A stretch of 64,000 nt of DNA, from positions 930,001 through 994,000 of the forward strand of contig JBLDXI010000023.1 in assembly GCA_047495785.1 (NCBI GenBank), in the 5' to 3' direction. This DNA comes from Lepidodermella squamata. Its lineage: Eukaryota > Animalia > Gastrotricha. A program made the position numbers and the translations under genes. The notes beneath the pieces are model-generated. The model was given only the letters and a program-made list of their open reading frames with translations. It was not told the DNA's origin and did not search any database. Of this stretch, positions 22,794 through 33,670 are shown in pieces. Each line of letters opens with the position of its first letter. Within the stretch, counting starts at the first letter, position 1.

Positions 22794-23046
22794 TTACTTG
22801 ATTATCCGTAACAGCATAACACCAATGAGCACATTCGAGACTGAATACGCTATAAATGCAAGTGAGAAGACCACGACGTCGCTAACCAGATGGCAGCAAA
22901 TAATTGTTTTCCAAAGGAACGTATATTTTTTCTTAGCGTTCTTGCAGGACAAATATAGCCAACATAACTGTACAAGCAAAAACAGGCCGATCTGGAACCT
23001 CGGCAGGGATGAGAAATGACGATAAAATCAGTATCCCAAGGAGCAG
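22794..23046 (-). pseudogene. 3' remnant of a subfamily-A LGIC gene (part of M1, M2 and M4; M3 deleted)
   Basis: DNA matches 26379-26762 (LLGILILSSFLIPAEVPDRPVFACTVMLAIFVLQE, then LWKTIICC..DVVVFSL) with an internal deletion and frame break. Confidence 0.85.
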
Positions 23047-24622
23047 CCAAAAACCGAATAATAGGTCATAGCTGGCAGCTGGAACTTTTGCTGAACCTTC
23101 AAGGTTCAAGATAATGATCCTAGTTCCGACTGATTAATTTCGTCATCTGAAGCAATTGATCAGTCTAAAAGGTAAGCCCAACCCCCTAGTTAACATCAAT
23201 CGAATCTCATGGAGCTTGAGTCTCTAGGATCAACTTCTGTGGAAAAAAAGAAACTGAAAAATTCAAGCAAAGGGAACCACATACTAGAACTGGGGAACCA
23301 GAAATGAAACTGCTAGGGTTGACATCCTTTAAGAACATTTACATTTGAGTATTATTTGATATTTCCAGCCATTAATGCCAAAAATGACAATAAGTAGAGA
23401 ATAAATTGAAAGTACCACGATTATCGGTCATCCATGTATCGTTTTGGGAAATAATTGTTTTGGGAATCATTAATTTGCTTAAAAAGTGGATTTTTAGAGA
23501 AATTGCTCTTGAGGGTAACCCAATTGCCAGTTGGGGCGGATTGCTCATAACGGTACGACATATATACGACAATTTTCGAGCTTTTCTATCGAACATTTTG
23601 CTCGCTTCGCTCGCTGATATCCATTTTCCTTTTATTTTCCATTCTCTTAAGCCAACAGTTCCCATTCTCATTAGACCCAATTTTCAATGATCTTGAATCT
23701 GGAATCTCTGTCCGGAAGGAAGTTGGAAATATACCTAAAATTCGTTCCTGTTTAGAGAAAAAAGCAGCTTCGAGATGCCCATTTTTCGCATTTACAGAGG
23801 CGTATCGCCGAAAAATCGGCTCGCTTCGCTCGCATCCAACTCCTATTTTTCCCCTGATTTTATGATAGACAATATAAGAGACCTTACTCCTTACTCCCCT
23901 AGAAAAGCACTGAAGACATCAGGCTTAGGAAAAATAGCATCTGTGATTTTTCAATCGCATATTTACTAGTTTCGCGAATTTTCGAACTTCGAAGCAATGT
24001 ACAGCTTCGCAGCTTAGCGAAAAAAACGAAAAATTTCCAGATTGGCGTACACTTTTTCGCAATTTTTTCCCAGTGGCAGACACTGTTGAGTCACGAAAAA
24101 AAAACGGAGGACTGCTTCGCTCCTTTCTAACCTTGCCCATCGAAAGAAAAGACTTGGGAAAATATTAGATGCGGCTCACTACAGTAAAAAATGTAAGTGC
24201 AAGTTGCTAGCAAGGAGGACCGCGGAACTGTTGGGGATTACAAAAATCGACGAAAATTGGTCCCCCTTTGGTCTTTGACTGAGCTCACCGGACCGATGGA
24301 ACTGGTAAGGGTATCATATCATGCTTCATATGGTTTCATATGGTTTTCCTGTGGGCTGGTACACCACATGGACTAAAAGTGAAATTGGCGAGATAATCCA
24401 TACCATCCCTAGCGGTACTTCGCTCTCGGGTTTATAGTGCTAACTTGAACGTCTGAAGAATACTCTAGCGGAAACTTGAGGTGGAAAAGCAGAAAACAGA
24501 AACTATCCTCAAAAAAAATGGCAGAACTCCGAAAACATTAGTCGGTTTTTATAGGTTTTATCAAAGAAAGAAGGCAACATCCGAAGATGGAACAAGTTTC
24601 TAACGCTCGTATAGCTATAATA

Positions 24623-25804
24623 CTAGAACAGCTGCAACAGGACGATACTAATCAGCACATATGACGCTAAATACGCAACAAATGTTAGTGAAAAGACTAC
24701 AACGTCAACAGCAAAAGAGAGAGATATTGTCTTATTGAGAATCGAAAGCTTTGTGCCCGCGATTTCTGGGAATGAAGCGATAAATCCGCACATCATGGAT
24801 TCGTATATGACACACAGTGTAGCGAGAACGCTTTGTGATAGGCTAAAGATGCCCGCCGCCATCGGCTTTGGGGTCTTCGGTAAATAATCTTGCAGGTTTT
24901 CTTGCAGAAAGAAAATAGCCAACATAACTGTACAAGCGAATACAGGCCGATCTGGAACCTCGGCAGGGATGAGAAATGACGACAGAATCAACACGCTGAG
25001 AAGCACACTTGGCCCGAAAAGGTATGTCAAGAAATATTCAGGTTTCCGCTTAAATCCGAAGCTGAAAGTAGCCCTTGAAAAATTGGCCCATGGGCCGAAA
25101 CTCAGAACACCAAATGTGGCGGTTCGCTGCGAGATGTCATGCTCCCAGCCGGAGTTTTCCTTCATAAATGGAGTATCGTAATATTCGTATGGAAAGAAGA
25201 AGGCACCGCCGATTTTGGAGTACACGTCACCTTGTAGTAAAGCGAATTCGATATTACACGTCTGCTTATCGAAAGGGAAGTGCGTCAGGTCTAAATTGCA
25301 GTAGGACGCGTATTTCCCCGTCAAGTCAAATGAAACAAGTCCCGTCGTCACGTTTACGAAGGTTTGTCGAAAAAAGCCTTCTACAATCGCTGGGCTGCCG
25401 ACCGAATTTTCATGGGACAAGGTTGGATACCAGTATTGGCTCGGGTCTTCCTTTGACAGGTAATCGATGGCAGGAGGCCATTCGACGCTACCATTATACG
25501 ATACATTACGATAGAGATCGGCAATGCATTTTGATTCATAGTTGATCAAGAGTGAAGCGGAAATAGTGAAAGTTTCAGAAACATCGTCGATTTCTGCTAA
25601 CAGTTTTGGTTGTAGTGCTAGCCAAATTAGAGTAGGCTGCCTTTCTAATTCAGTCGGCGAATTGACTGTCGGTCCTATTCTACAGTTGCTCAGGATCGTT
25701 GCAGTTGGATTGAATGTCCGAATACCGTCGATGTTAGCTAGTATAGCCAAGGCATTTAGCAACATGTAAATGATGTGATATGGTTGGAAAAACGAACTAG
25801 CCAT
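24623..25804 (-). CDS. Divergent Cys-loop LGIC subunit, subfamily A (393 aa)
   Basis: ATG 25804 (MASSFFQ); CNLDLTHFPFDKQTC; M2 PDRPVFACTVMLAIFF. Confidence 0.92.
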   Translation of the reverse strand: MASSFFQPYHIIYMLLNALAILANIDGIRTFNPTATILSNCRIGPTVNSPTELERQPTLIWLALQPKLLAEIDDVSETFTISASLLINYESKCIADLYRNVSYNGSVEWPPAIDYLSKEDPSQYWYPTLSHENSVGSPAIVEGFFRQTFVNVTTGLVSFDLTGKYASYCNLDLTHFPFDKQTCNIEFALLQGDVYSKIGGAFFFPYEYYDTPFMKENSGWEHDISQRTATFGVLSFGPWANFSRATFSFGFKRKPEYFLTYLFGPSVLLSVLILSSFLIPAEVPDRPVFACTVMLAIFFLQENLQDYLPKTPKPMAAGIFSLSQSVLATLCVIYESMMCGFIASFPEIAGTKLSILNKTISLSFAVDVVVFSLTFVAYLASYVLISIVLLQLF

Positions 25805-26378
25805 GATATTGTCATTGCAACTACTGGAAGGAAAGTTGCCTGATAACAATTTAGTTGAGATTTTTATTAGATTTTTTGCAAGCTTGCCAGCGGCAATTTC
25901 CTCTCAGATGTATCATGAATCGTCGATATCGTTTGCATTTATACAATTTTCTGATACATGTTGAGTTATGGGAAATACACTGGCTTATTAATACGTATCA
26001 GCATTGATTTATTGAAAAATCCAGGTTTCGTCTATCCGCTTATCTAGGCTCGTTATAATTTGTTTCAGGCGTGGTTCAACGCTTAAAACTATTCGAAACC
26101 AAACTATTCGATCTGAACCATAGAGCGAAGTACCGATTGGGATGATCAATAAGTCGGCAATGTGACTTCAGTCAAAGACTAAAGGGGGACCCTTACTTCG
26201 ATATTCCTTATCATTACCAGTTCTGCTGTCCTACTTCACTCTCTGAACTGAACAATAGATTCACAAAAGAAATGTGACGAGTTGCAGAAGAAGGTTGAAG
26301 AAGGATTAAACAGTGGCACAGCAAACTAAAGCAAAGAATGGTCAATTGTTTCAACGGTTGAATTGTATGAACAATTTA

Positions 26379-28350
26379 TTAGAAAATCTGTAACAGAATT
26401 ACACCAATGAGCACATTCGAGAGTAAATACGCTATGAAGGTGAGTGAGAAGACAACTACGTCGACAACCATGTAGCAGCAAATTGTCTTCCAAAGGATCT
26501 TATACCTTTTACTGGCGATGTCTGGCAACAATGTGATGAATCCACACATCATGGATTCGTAAATGACGCACAGCGTTGCTAGAATGGCTTGAGAGAAACT
26601 GAAAATTCCCGCAACCATCGGTTTCGGGGTTTTAGGCAAGTAAGCCTGTAGGTTTTCTTGAAGAACAAAAATAGCCAACATAACTGTACAAGCAAAAACA
26701 GGCCGATCTGGAACCTCGGCAGGGAGGAGAAATGACGATAAAATCAGTATCCCAAGGAGCAGACTCGGAGCGTACAGATACGTCAAGAAATATTGTGGTT
26801 TTCTTTTGAATGTAAAGCTGAAAGTGGCCTTTGAAAAATTGGTAGACGAGTCGAATTTCAGAGGGCCAAATGTCACGGATCGCTGTGAAATGTCATGATC
26901 CCAGCCGGAGTTCTCCTTTAGCCCTACGAGGACTGAAATCTGGGCTCACATTCTAAGCTGAAGGGGCAAATCCCAACCCCAAAAACTAGGAAAGAAAAAC
27001 CAGAGCGGCGGCATAATATTTATGAGTTATTTTTGGTTTTTGGACATTTGCAGGTAAAACTACGATGGCCAACAATTGTTTGATTATTTTTAGATGCTCA
27101 AAGAGGGTAAAATCGTAAAATGACTGGGAATTGTTACTATGGCAACATAGGACGTTCCGATGTTCTTGACAAGTAAACTCGCTGCAAATGAAACACTGAA
27201 TGGCTGAAATTCGGTCCATTTTTCAAGGGCAGATGATTTATCGCCCGTTCTTGGGCCATCAACACTTCGGCTAGTCGCGGCCTCCTGGCGAGCATTTCTG
27301 TAATGCAGGTAAGTAATACAGGTTCGCGGATGGCTCTTTTTAGACCAATACACCTCAACTAGCCAAGAAAGGCCATCATTTCGGTTTTGTCGGTTGAAGT
27401 GTGATCGCCTCCGATTTGCTCGAATCGATTTGTTTCGCGAACGAATAGCAATACGATTCGACAGTAATGAGGAGTTGGAACGCGTCTTTGAAGCTGTCAA
27501 AGTTTCCAGCGGCCTTCAGCCTACGTTCCTACGCAAGGCATTATATGAGTTACTTGTCTTCGACGAGGCACCGGTTGAGATGAAGCCGTTGAAGCTCGAC
27601 GGCTTTTCGCGATGAGGGTAGCGGGCCGCTGATAGCAGCTGGGCCGTCGCTAGGGTCGTCTTCGCTGTCACAATCCGAAGCTGCCCTGGTGTCGCTAGTG
27701 TCTATCTCGGCGTCATCGTCGTGTGAGTACTCCATTGGAATCAGATACGGACATCGTGAAGTCAGAATCCAATCCAGAATCGCAAGCAATTTAGTAGCCG
27801 TGTAACCAATGCCGTAGAGATTTTGTAATTAGTAAAATTTGGTAAAACTTTTAGTTAGAATGGTGATTTCGGAATGACTTTGCCTCATATTTATTGTTCT
27901 GATAACCCACTACATCTCGCTGCTGAGTGGCTAAAGTAATTATTGACAATTTCCAATGCTATCCAGCATAAACGCATTGAAAATTATGGGGTCGGGTTTA
28001 GCCCCTTCAGCTAAAAACGTGACTAAAATTTCAGACTCAATTTGTGAAATAATTATTAGCGGTAGTTGAATGACAATTTGCAGAATTCTTTCTCATGTCC
28101 TAACCTCCCTAGATCTGAAAGGAATTGGCTAAAATCGATAAGGTTGCTGAACAGTAGCAAAAAAACGCGTTTTTTTCTCCTGGTTACCCCACTTAGTCCT
28201 CGGAGGGTTAGGAACGTTGCATCATTAGGATGGAACAGTGCATCAGAGATTCCTGTGTAAGCTGTGCTTTGCATCACAACGAATTCGATTCGGCACACTT
28301 ACGAATCGAAAGGGAAATAGGTCATGTCCAAATTACAGTAGGACGCAAAT
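26379..28350 (-). pseudogene. Subfamily-A LGIC pseudogene split by a piggyBac insertion and 5'-truncated
   Basis: 28350-28208 reads FASYCNLDMTYFPFDS*VCRIEF...DATFL (stop inside the Cys-loop) and resumes at ~26920 as KENSGWDHDISQRS through intact M1-M4; the N-terminal half is absent. Confidence 0.88.
26922..28207 (-). mobile_element. Internally deleted piggyBac-family transposon (1286 bp)
   Basis: Ends CCCTACGAGGACTGA / CCCTCCGAGGACTAA (reverse complement); 4-bp TSD TTAG at 26918-26921 and 28208-28211; acidic N-terminal remnant and a degenerate piggyBac cysteine-rich domain GR*IICP*KMDRISAIQCFICSEFTCQEHRNVLC. Confidence 0.85.
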
Positions 28351-28450
28351 TCACTTCATTTTCATCACTTCATCAGGGAACTTCATTACATGATTTTGTA
28401 ACCCAGTACCATTAATTGGACAAAAAGAAATATTCGTTTCTCCCCTGCAG

Positions 28451-29449
28451 GCAGGATATTATGAAATGGTACGCCTCCTTCTCGAAAATGGAGCCGATGT
28501 AGACGCGAAAATTGAACGAGAGACTGAGTTCAGCTTCGCCAGTCAAACAACCGCCTTACACGTGGCGGCTTACTCCGGCCAACTCGACATTGCTCGGCTC
28601 TTAGCTGAGAAATTCCACGCCAACGTGTCAGCAATCGATGCGAATGGCAATTCGGCTATGATGTCCCTCTTCCAAACAGCGATACCTAATCATCTGCTTC
28701 GGTCGTATGTCTCACTGGCAGTTTATCTTCCCGACGAATTGCCGGATAGAAGAGACGTGAAGGGACAATCTGCCCTGCACCTTGCAAGTCAGATCAGCAC
28801 AACTGATCCAATGCCCTTCGTTCGGCACTTGATTGAAAGCCGTAAACTCGACGTAGACGCTAGAGACAACAACGGAGACACTCCTCTTCTGATTGCAGCC
28901 AGGGCTGGTAGTTCGCTCAGCCTGGTTCGTTACCTTGTCGAGAAGAGAGCTGATACTAAGGCCGTGAATAACGCCGGAGAAAATTTGCTACTAAGCGCGT
29001 GCAAAGCCGGAAGCAAACGCCGAGGTCTCGATTTTATCAAATTCGCCATTGAAGTCGGTGGCAATAACGTAAATTCCGTGGCTGATGGTAAGCGTTGTGA
29101 CCACCTGATCGTCAACTCAAATCCCCTGTATATGACCAATCAAAATGATGGATATCGGATCCGAGCTGTGAGATACCTAGTTAGTAAGGGGTTCGATCTT
29201 AACCCTCGCGGCGTAGATTCCCCGCTGATGGTCGCAGCCAGGATGGATTCGTTACGATATTTGAACGCCCTGCTTGACATGGGGGCGGATGTGAACGTGA
29301 CCAATCCCGCGGGAAAGACGGCGCTGGATTTCGCACGGGAGAAAAACTATCGAGGCAACGTTGCAAGTCTACTGCGTCTTAAAGCTGTTTCAGGCCAAAA
29401 TTTGACAGGAGTTTCTACTATTACTACACCTGGACGAACTACTACCTGA
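28451..29449 (+). CDS. Ankyrin-repeat protein type A, 5'-incomplete (possible pseudogene)
   Basis: Exon begins after acceptor cctgcag|28451; ANK motifs (TALHVAA, SALHLA, TPLLIAA, TALDFA); paralog of 59536-61056; no upstream exon found; reading frame continues past TGA 29447. Confidence 0.8.
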   Translation, partial: AGYYEMVRLLLENGADVDAKIERETEFSFASQTTALHVAAYSGQLDIARLLAEKFHANVSAIDANGNSAMMSLFQTAIPNHLLRSYVSLAVYLPDELPDRRDVKGQSALHLASQISTTDPMPFVRHLIESRKLDVDARDNNGDTPLLIAARAGSSLSLVRYLVEKRADTKAVNNAGENLLLSACKAGSKRRGLDFIKFAIEVGGNNVNSVADGKRCDHLIVNSNPLYMTNQNDGYRIRAVRYLVSKGFDLNPRGVDSPLMVAARMDSLRYLNALLDMGADVNVTNPAGKTALDFAREKNYRGNVASLLRLKAVSGQNLTGVSTITTPGRTTT

Positions 29450-29703
29450 TCGATGATGATGTCAACTGGGAAAAACGCGGTTGCATCTGGCCGGAGACTT
29501 GAGTTCTCGTCAGATGATGCACTCGAAGCTGCCGTAGTTTCATTGGGCGGCCCGAAGTTGAATGTCAGAAATTGGGATCGCAGAAGTAACCTGACTGGAA
29601 ATGTTGGAGTCAGACCTATAGATAATCCGATCAATCAGCATAGATGAGGTTTGTTTGTTTTAGACAAGTCCCTAATTCCTGATTTTAACTCATTTCCTAT
29701 CAG

Positions 29704-30930
29704 AAATTTGTCCGGCTCGTGATCGATGGCAATATTTCAGCCGTGCGCGAGATGATAGCCACGAAACAAGCCCGAGGCGATGCTATCCTAATCACAGATG
29801 AATACGACCATATCCCGGCCGTAGCAGCTGCTTTGAAAGCTGGAGACACTACCTTGGAAATGGTGGAGCTACTGCTCGAAAACGGTGGTGATGCGAATGC
29901 TGTTCATCCTGATAATAGTAGAAGCGCCCTAATGATGGCTGCGTCCAGCGGAAGCCTAGAAATGGTCCAACTTCTCTTGAAGTACGGCGCAGAGATTGAC
30001 CTGGAGATCGCGCGTGATAGAACAAGAACAGCACTCACAGAAGCTGCGGCTTTTAACAAGATAGACATTGTCAAGTTTCTCAGGACAAAAGGAGCCAACA
30101 AGTATTCAGATAAATTGATTGTTGCCTACAACCAACTAAATGGTGTTCCTGTACTCCCGTTGATTAAGTATGCCGTCGAAGAAGCTCAAAATTCTGTGAA
30201 TGAGACAGATTCCCATGGCTCAACTGCTTTCATCAGCGCAGCGACAGATTTGTCGTATTCCGACGACCGCCTCGGGGTTCTCGCGTACTTGCTCGCAAAA
30301 GGAGCTGATCCTGATGGTTTTGTTTATTCGCACGGCAATAAAGAGCCATTACTGCATTACGCTGTCAGCGAAAACGATATAGATTTAATCCGATTCTTGG
30401 TCGAAGTCGCGAAGGTCAACGTGGAAGTGCGGAATGACGATAATTTGACGGCTTTGATGATTGCGGCGAAGAACGGCGACGAACAGATTGCAGAAATTCT
30501 GTTCGGCGCAAAAGCAGATCGAACGGCACTTGATAGCGATGGCAACACGCCTTACCTTTTGCATTGCGCTAGTAGTAAAGCCCCTGGATCGCTTACTCAG
30601 CGCTTTGTCGGATTCGGCGATTTCGACGTAAATTCGCAGAATTACAATAACGAAACCTGCTTGGCGCTACTTCATACCCGGCGGAACCCGACGTACACGT
30701 TCAATTTAGTGAACTTTCTCGTTCGTTCAGGCTACGATATCAATAGGAAATTGCGGCGAGGTGACACTGCGCTTAATATGTACATTATGAACGGCGGGTA
30801 TTCAACGATTCGAGATTTCCGAGAAGCAGGTGCTGATTTAAGGCAGTCGAATGATGATAGCCTCACTGCTCTGGATATAGCCAAGCTATACGGCAACGAT
30901 CAAGCTGTTCAGGAATTGGAAAACCACTGA
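29704..30930 (+). CDS. Ankyrin-repeat protein type B (main exon)
   Basis: Acceptor ctatcag|29704 KFVRLVIDGN; many ANK repeats; shares ARGDA and GYDINRKLRRGDT with 56014-57438. Confidence 0.82.
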   Translation, partial: KFVRLVIDGNISAVREMIATKQARGDAILITDEYDHIPAVAAALKAGDTTLEMVELLLENGGDANAVHPDNSRSALMMAASSGSLEMVQLLLKYGAEIDLEIARDRTRTALTEAAAFNKIDIVKFLRTKGANKYSDKLIVAYNQLNGVPVLPLIKYAVEEAQNSVNETDSHGSTAFISAATDLSYSDDRLGVLAYLLAKGADPDGFVYSHGNKEPLLHYAVSENDIDLIRFLVEVAKVNVEVRNDDNLTALMIAAKNGDEQIAEILFGAKADRTALDSDGNTPYLLHCASSKAPGSLTQRFVGFGDFDVNSQNYNNETCLALLHTRRNPTYTFNLVNFLVRSGYDINRKLRRGDTALNMYIMNGGYSTIRDFREAGADLRQSNDDSLTALDIAKLYGNDQAVQELENH

Positions 30931-32043
30931 CGCAGTCATCGGCAGAGGGGTGGGCGGGCGATGTTTTAGTGGCCACGTCAGGAACAGCAGCGTCGCCTTA
31001 GTGTGGCACACTCTCGCTGTTTCGGAGGAATCTTGCATTTCCGATAGTTGATAGTTGATATTCGAGTTCGAGAGTGATTGAATATTTCCAATTCTTCGGG
31101 ATATTTTGTGGCAAATTAGGCATTGCCTGAGATGCAAAATGTTAATTTTATTCTGAATTTTCTTAGAAATTGAAAATTGAAATTGTTCTTCATTCTCCAA
31201 TTGTTTTTTACAACGTTCTCTATGGTAATAGCAGCACGGCATGACACAAAAACATTAAAGTGCAGTTTCGCAAAAAATATATTAGCGTAGAATAGAGGCT
31301 TGTTTCGCCCTCGCGACTGAGCTAAATGAGAGGCAATTATTCACCTGGGTAGCTTTCTACCTTCATGCTCTCCACCTATTCTGAAATATGGAAGAGCTTC
31401 CGCGTAGATCCCGTCCACCGGCACCAAATCGCCTTTAAAGTTGTAAAACAAATCATTTGTTCACTGTTGCAAGCGCCATGACTAAGGCAAACGTAACAAT
31501 ATAGCGTAGGCGCCGTCAACGATGTATAATGGATATCCAAAACATCAGATCGCTATCGGCAGCCTTTAGCAACATAATGCGCCTTGTAGCATTTGACTTT
31601 GCCGTAATGATTTACGCTCGAAAGCCCAGCGACTACAATACACGTTAACATGTATAGGTCTCCTTTCTATCAAAACCATTTACCTTATAACTCTACATGC
31701 GCCATTGCACTGCTTATAGCTTCCAGGCCGGTAACTGCTTCATCACACATGTGAATTTCAGTAACCTAAAGAAAAGCTGTTTGAGAAAAATTGGCTGCTT
31801 CCTTTTCACGTTGAAGAGGAATTGTTTCTTCTTGGAACCGGCGAAAGTTTGGCTTTACTTGATTTGCTCCAGCTATTAGACTGGTACAACTAAAGCTAAA
31901 GAGGATCTCCTTCGGCATCAATCAGGTTGGCAGTCTTCAGTCAAATTTATCGCACTCAAAACCGGCACGATGGGCTTGCTTTTTACGAACTCAGGGTCAT
32001 TGCTCCGTGGCATCTCTTGTTCGAACTCAACACCGATATTAAA

Positions 32044-33192
32044 ATGAGAGTGGGAATCCATTTATTCGCATTGCTCTACTTTGTTAATTGCGGTGCAGCT
32101 GATAATCTCACATACTCACCTACTATTAAGGCCGCCGATATTTTCAACGCTAACTGCAACATCGGCCCAACGGCTAATTCGCCAACTGAGTTCGAAGGAG
32201 TTCCTACTCCAATCTCACTAATTCTTCAAATCGACAGATTTCTCGGCATAAACGACATCGAAGAATCCCTCTCATTCAACGGGGTCCTTCAGATTATTTG
32301 GGAGGTCCCGTGCGTGATGGAGTACGTGAACAACACGGATAGTCAATGGCCAGCTAAGTTGAAAATGCTGCAAAATGAACCACCGGATTCCTACTGGATA
32401 CCGCCTGTCGGCCTTAGAAACGCTGTGGGTCAGATGGCGATGGATAAAGCAGATGAATTCTCAGAACTGCTCACGATCTATCCGTTTGAAGGTCGATTTA
32501 ACGGGGCTTATGCTGGCAGATTCACGTACACCTGCGACCTCGACCTAACCCTGTTTCCATTTGACACCCAAACTTGTACGGCCGTAATCAACATGCGAAT
32601 ATCGACTCTATTCGTTAAGGTTGCCGTTGCGAATATGATCGCATTGAGTCCTAATATTATGCCGAAAAACTCGAATTGGATTCTGGTTTCAAACGAAACT
32701 GAAATACAGGAGTTTGAGCTTGCGAACTTCGGTAGTCTGAGTCAGGCCTTATTCACTATGACGTTGAAGAGACGAGCCGAGTACTACATGCTGAACATGT
32801 TCGCACCTAGCTTCATTCTATCGACCCTAGAAATCGCTGCTTTTGGAATACCAGCCACTGAGCCAGATCGGGCTTCATTTGCCTGCTCAGTCATGCTGTC
32901 GATTTTCGTGCTTCAGGGACTTTTCTCAGCTGCAGTTCCTCAATCACCCCGGCCTATAGTCACTTCATTCTACGTTCTTGGAGTTATTATGTTTGCTATG
33001 GGCTGCTCAACTTACGCAGCAATCATGTGCGGTTGGTGCATGATGCATGAAGATCGAGCTCGAAGAACTGTACATATCTGCGGCAAAAAGATGCGCGCTT
33101 TCGTTGCTATTGACATTGCAGCGTTTGCTATCTTCTTGTTGACTTACATTTCGTTCAACGTTATCACGGTTTTTTGCCTTGCTTTTATATAG
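32044..33192 (+). CDS. Divergent Cys-loop LGIC subunit, subfamily B (382 aa)
   Basis: ATG 32044 (MRVGIHLFALL); CDLDLTLFPFDTQTC; M2 PDRASFACSVML. Confidence 0.93.
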   Translation: MRVGIHLFALLYFVNCGAADNLTYSPTIKAADIFNANCNIGPTANSPTEFEGVPTPISLILQIDRFLGINDIEESLSFNGVLQIIWEVPCVMEYVNNTDSQWPAKLKMLQNEPPDSYWIPPVGLRNAVGQMAMDKADEFSELLTIYPFEGRFNGAYAGRFTYTCDLDLTLFPFDTQTCTAVINMRISTLFVKVAVANMIALSPNIMPKNSNWILVSNETEIQEFELANFGSLSQALFTMTLKRRAEYYMLNMFAPSFILSTLEIAAFGIPATEPDRASFACSVMLSIFVLQGLFSAAVPQSPRPIVTSFYVLGVIMFAMGCSTYAAIMCGWCMMHEDRARRTVHICGKKMRAFVAIDIAAFAIFLLTYISFNVITVFCLAFI

Positions 33193-33670
33193 CTCAGCAT
33201 GGCAGCACTAAAATCAGGCTAAGATTTATTCTACAGGGAAAATTGAGAAAGAATTCTGAATAATTATTACAACAGGCTTGTCTTGGTGTATCATGATTAT
33301 ATATGTTTTGAAGCATGAATAAACAGCAACGAACAGCATTACGAACGTTGAATTTCACGTTTCAGCCTGCAGGATTCGATTAACGAGAACATTGCTATAG
33401 GTATTTCGCCGTGCTGCTCTCCGACGTGCAATGAACGTAGAAAACAGAGCAATAAACTTTACCAGCTCGGTTGCGTCGGTCTGATCATTTCGAAAGTCTG
33501 TTTACACAGAACAATGTTCCGATCCTCTGTCAAATATCAATGTTTTGTGGAAAGTTTTTGCCGATGAATGTTTTACTGACGAAAATCTCAATATCCGGTA
33601 GAAAATCTTGTCATATCGTGATATGAGGCATAAGCTTTAGTTTTAGCATTTCTGCTACTCAAAACTGGCT

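Noticed and set aside
29447-29449. Selenocysteine or programmed read-through at TGA
   Set aside because: It falls in a low-complexity Thr-rich linker with no evident SECIS, and nearby lesions favour simple decay.
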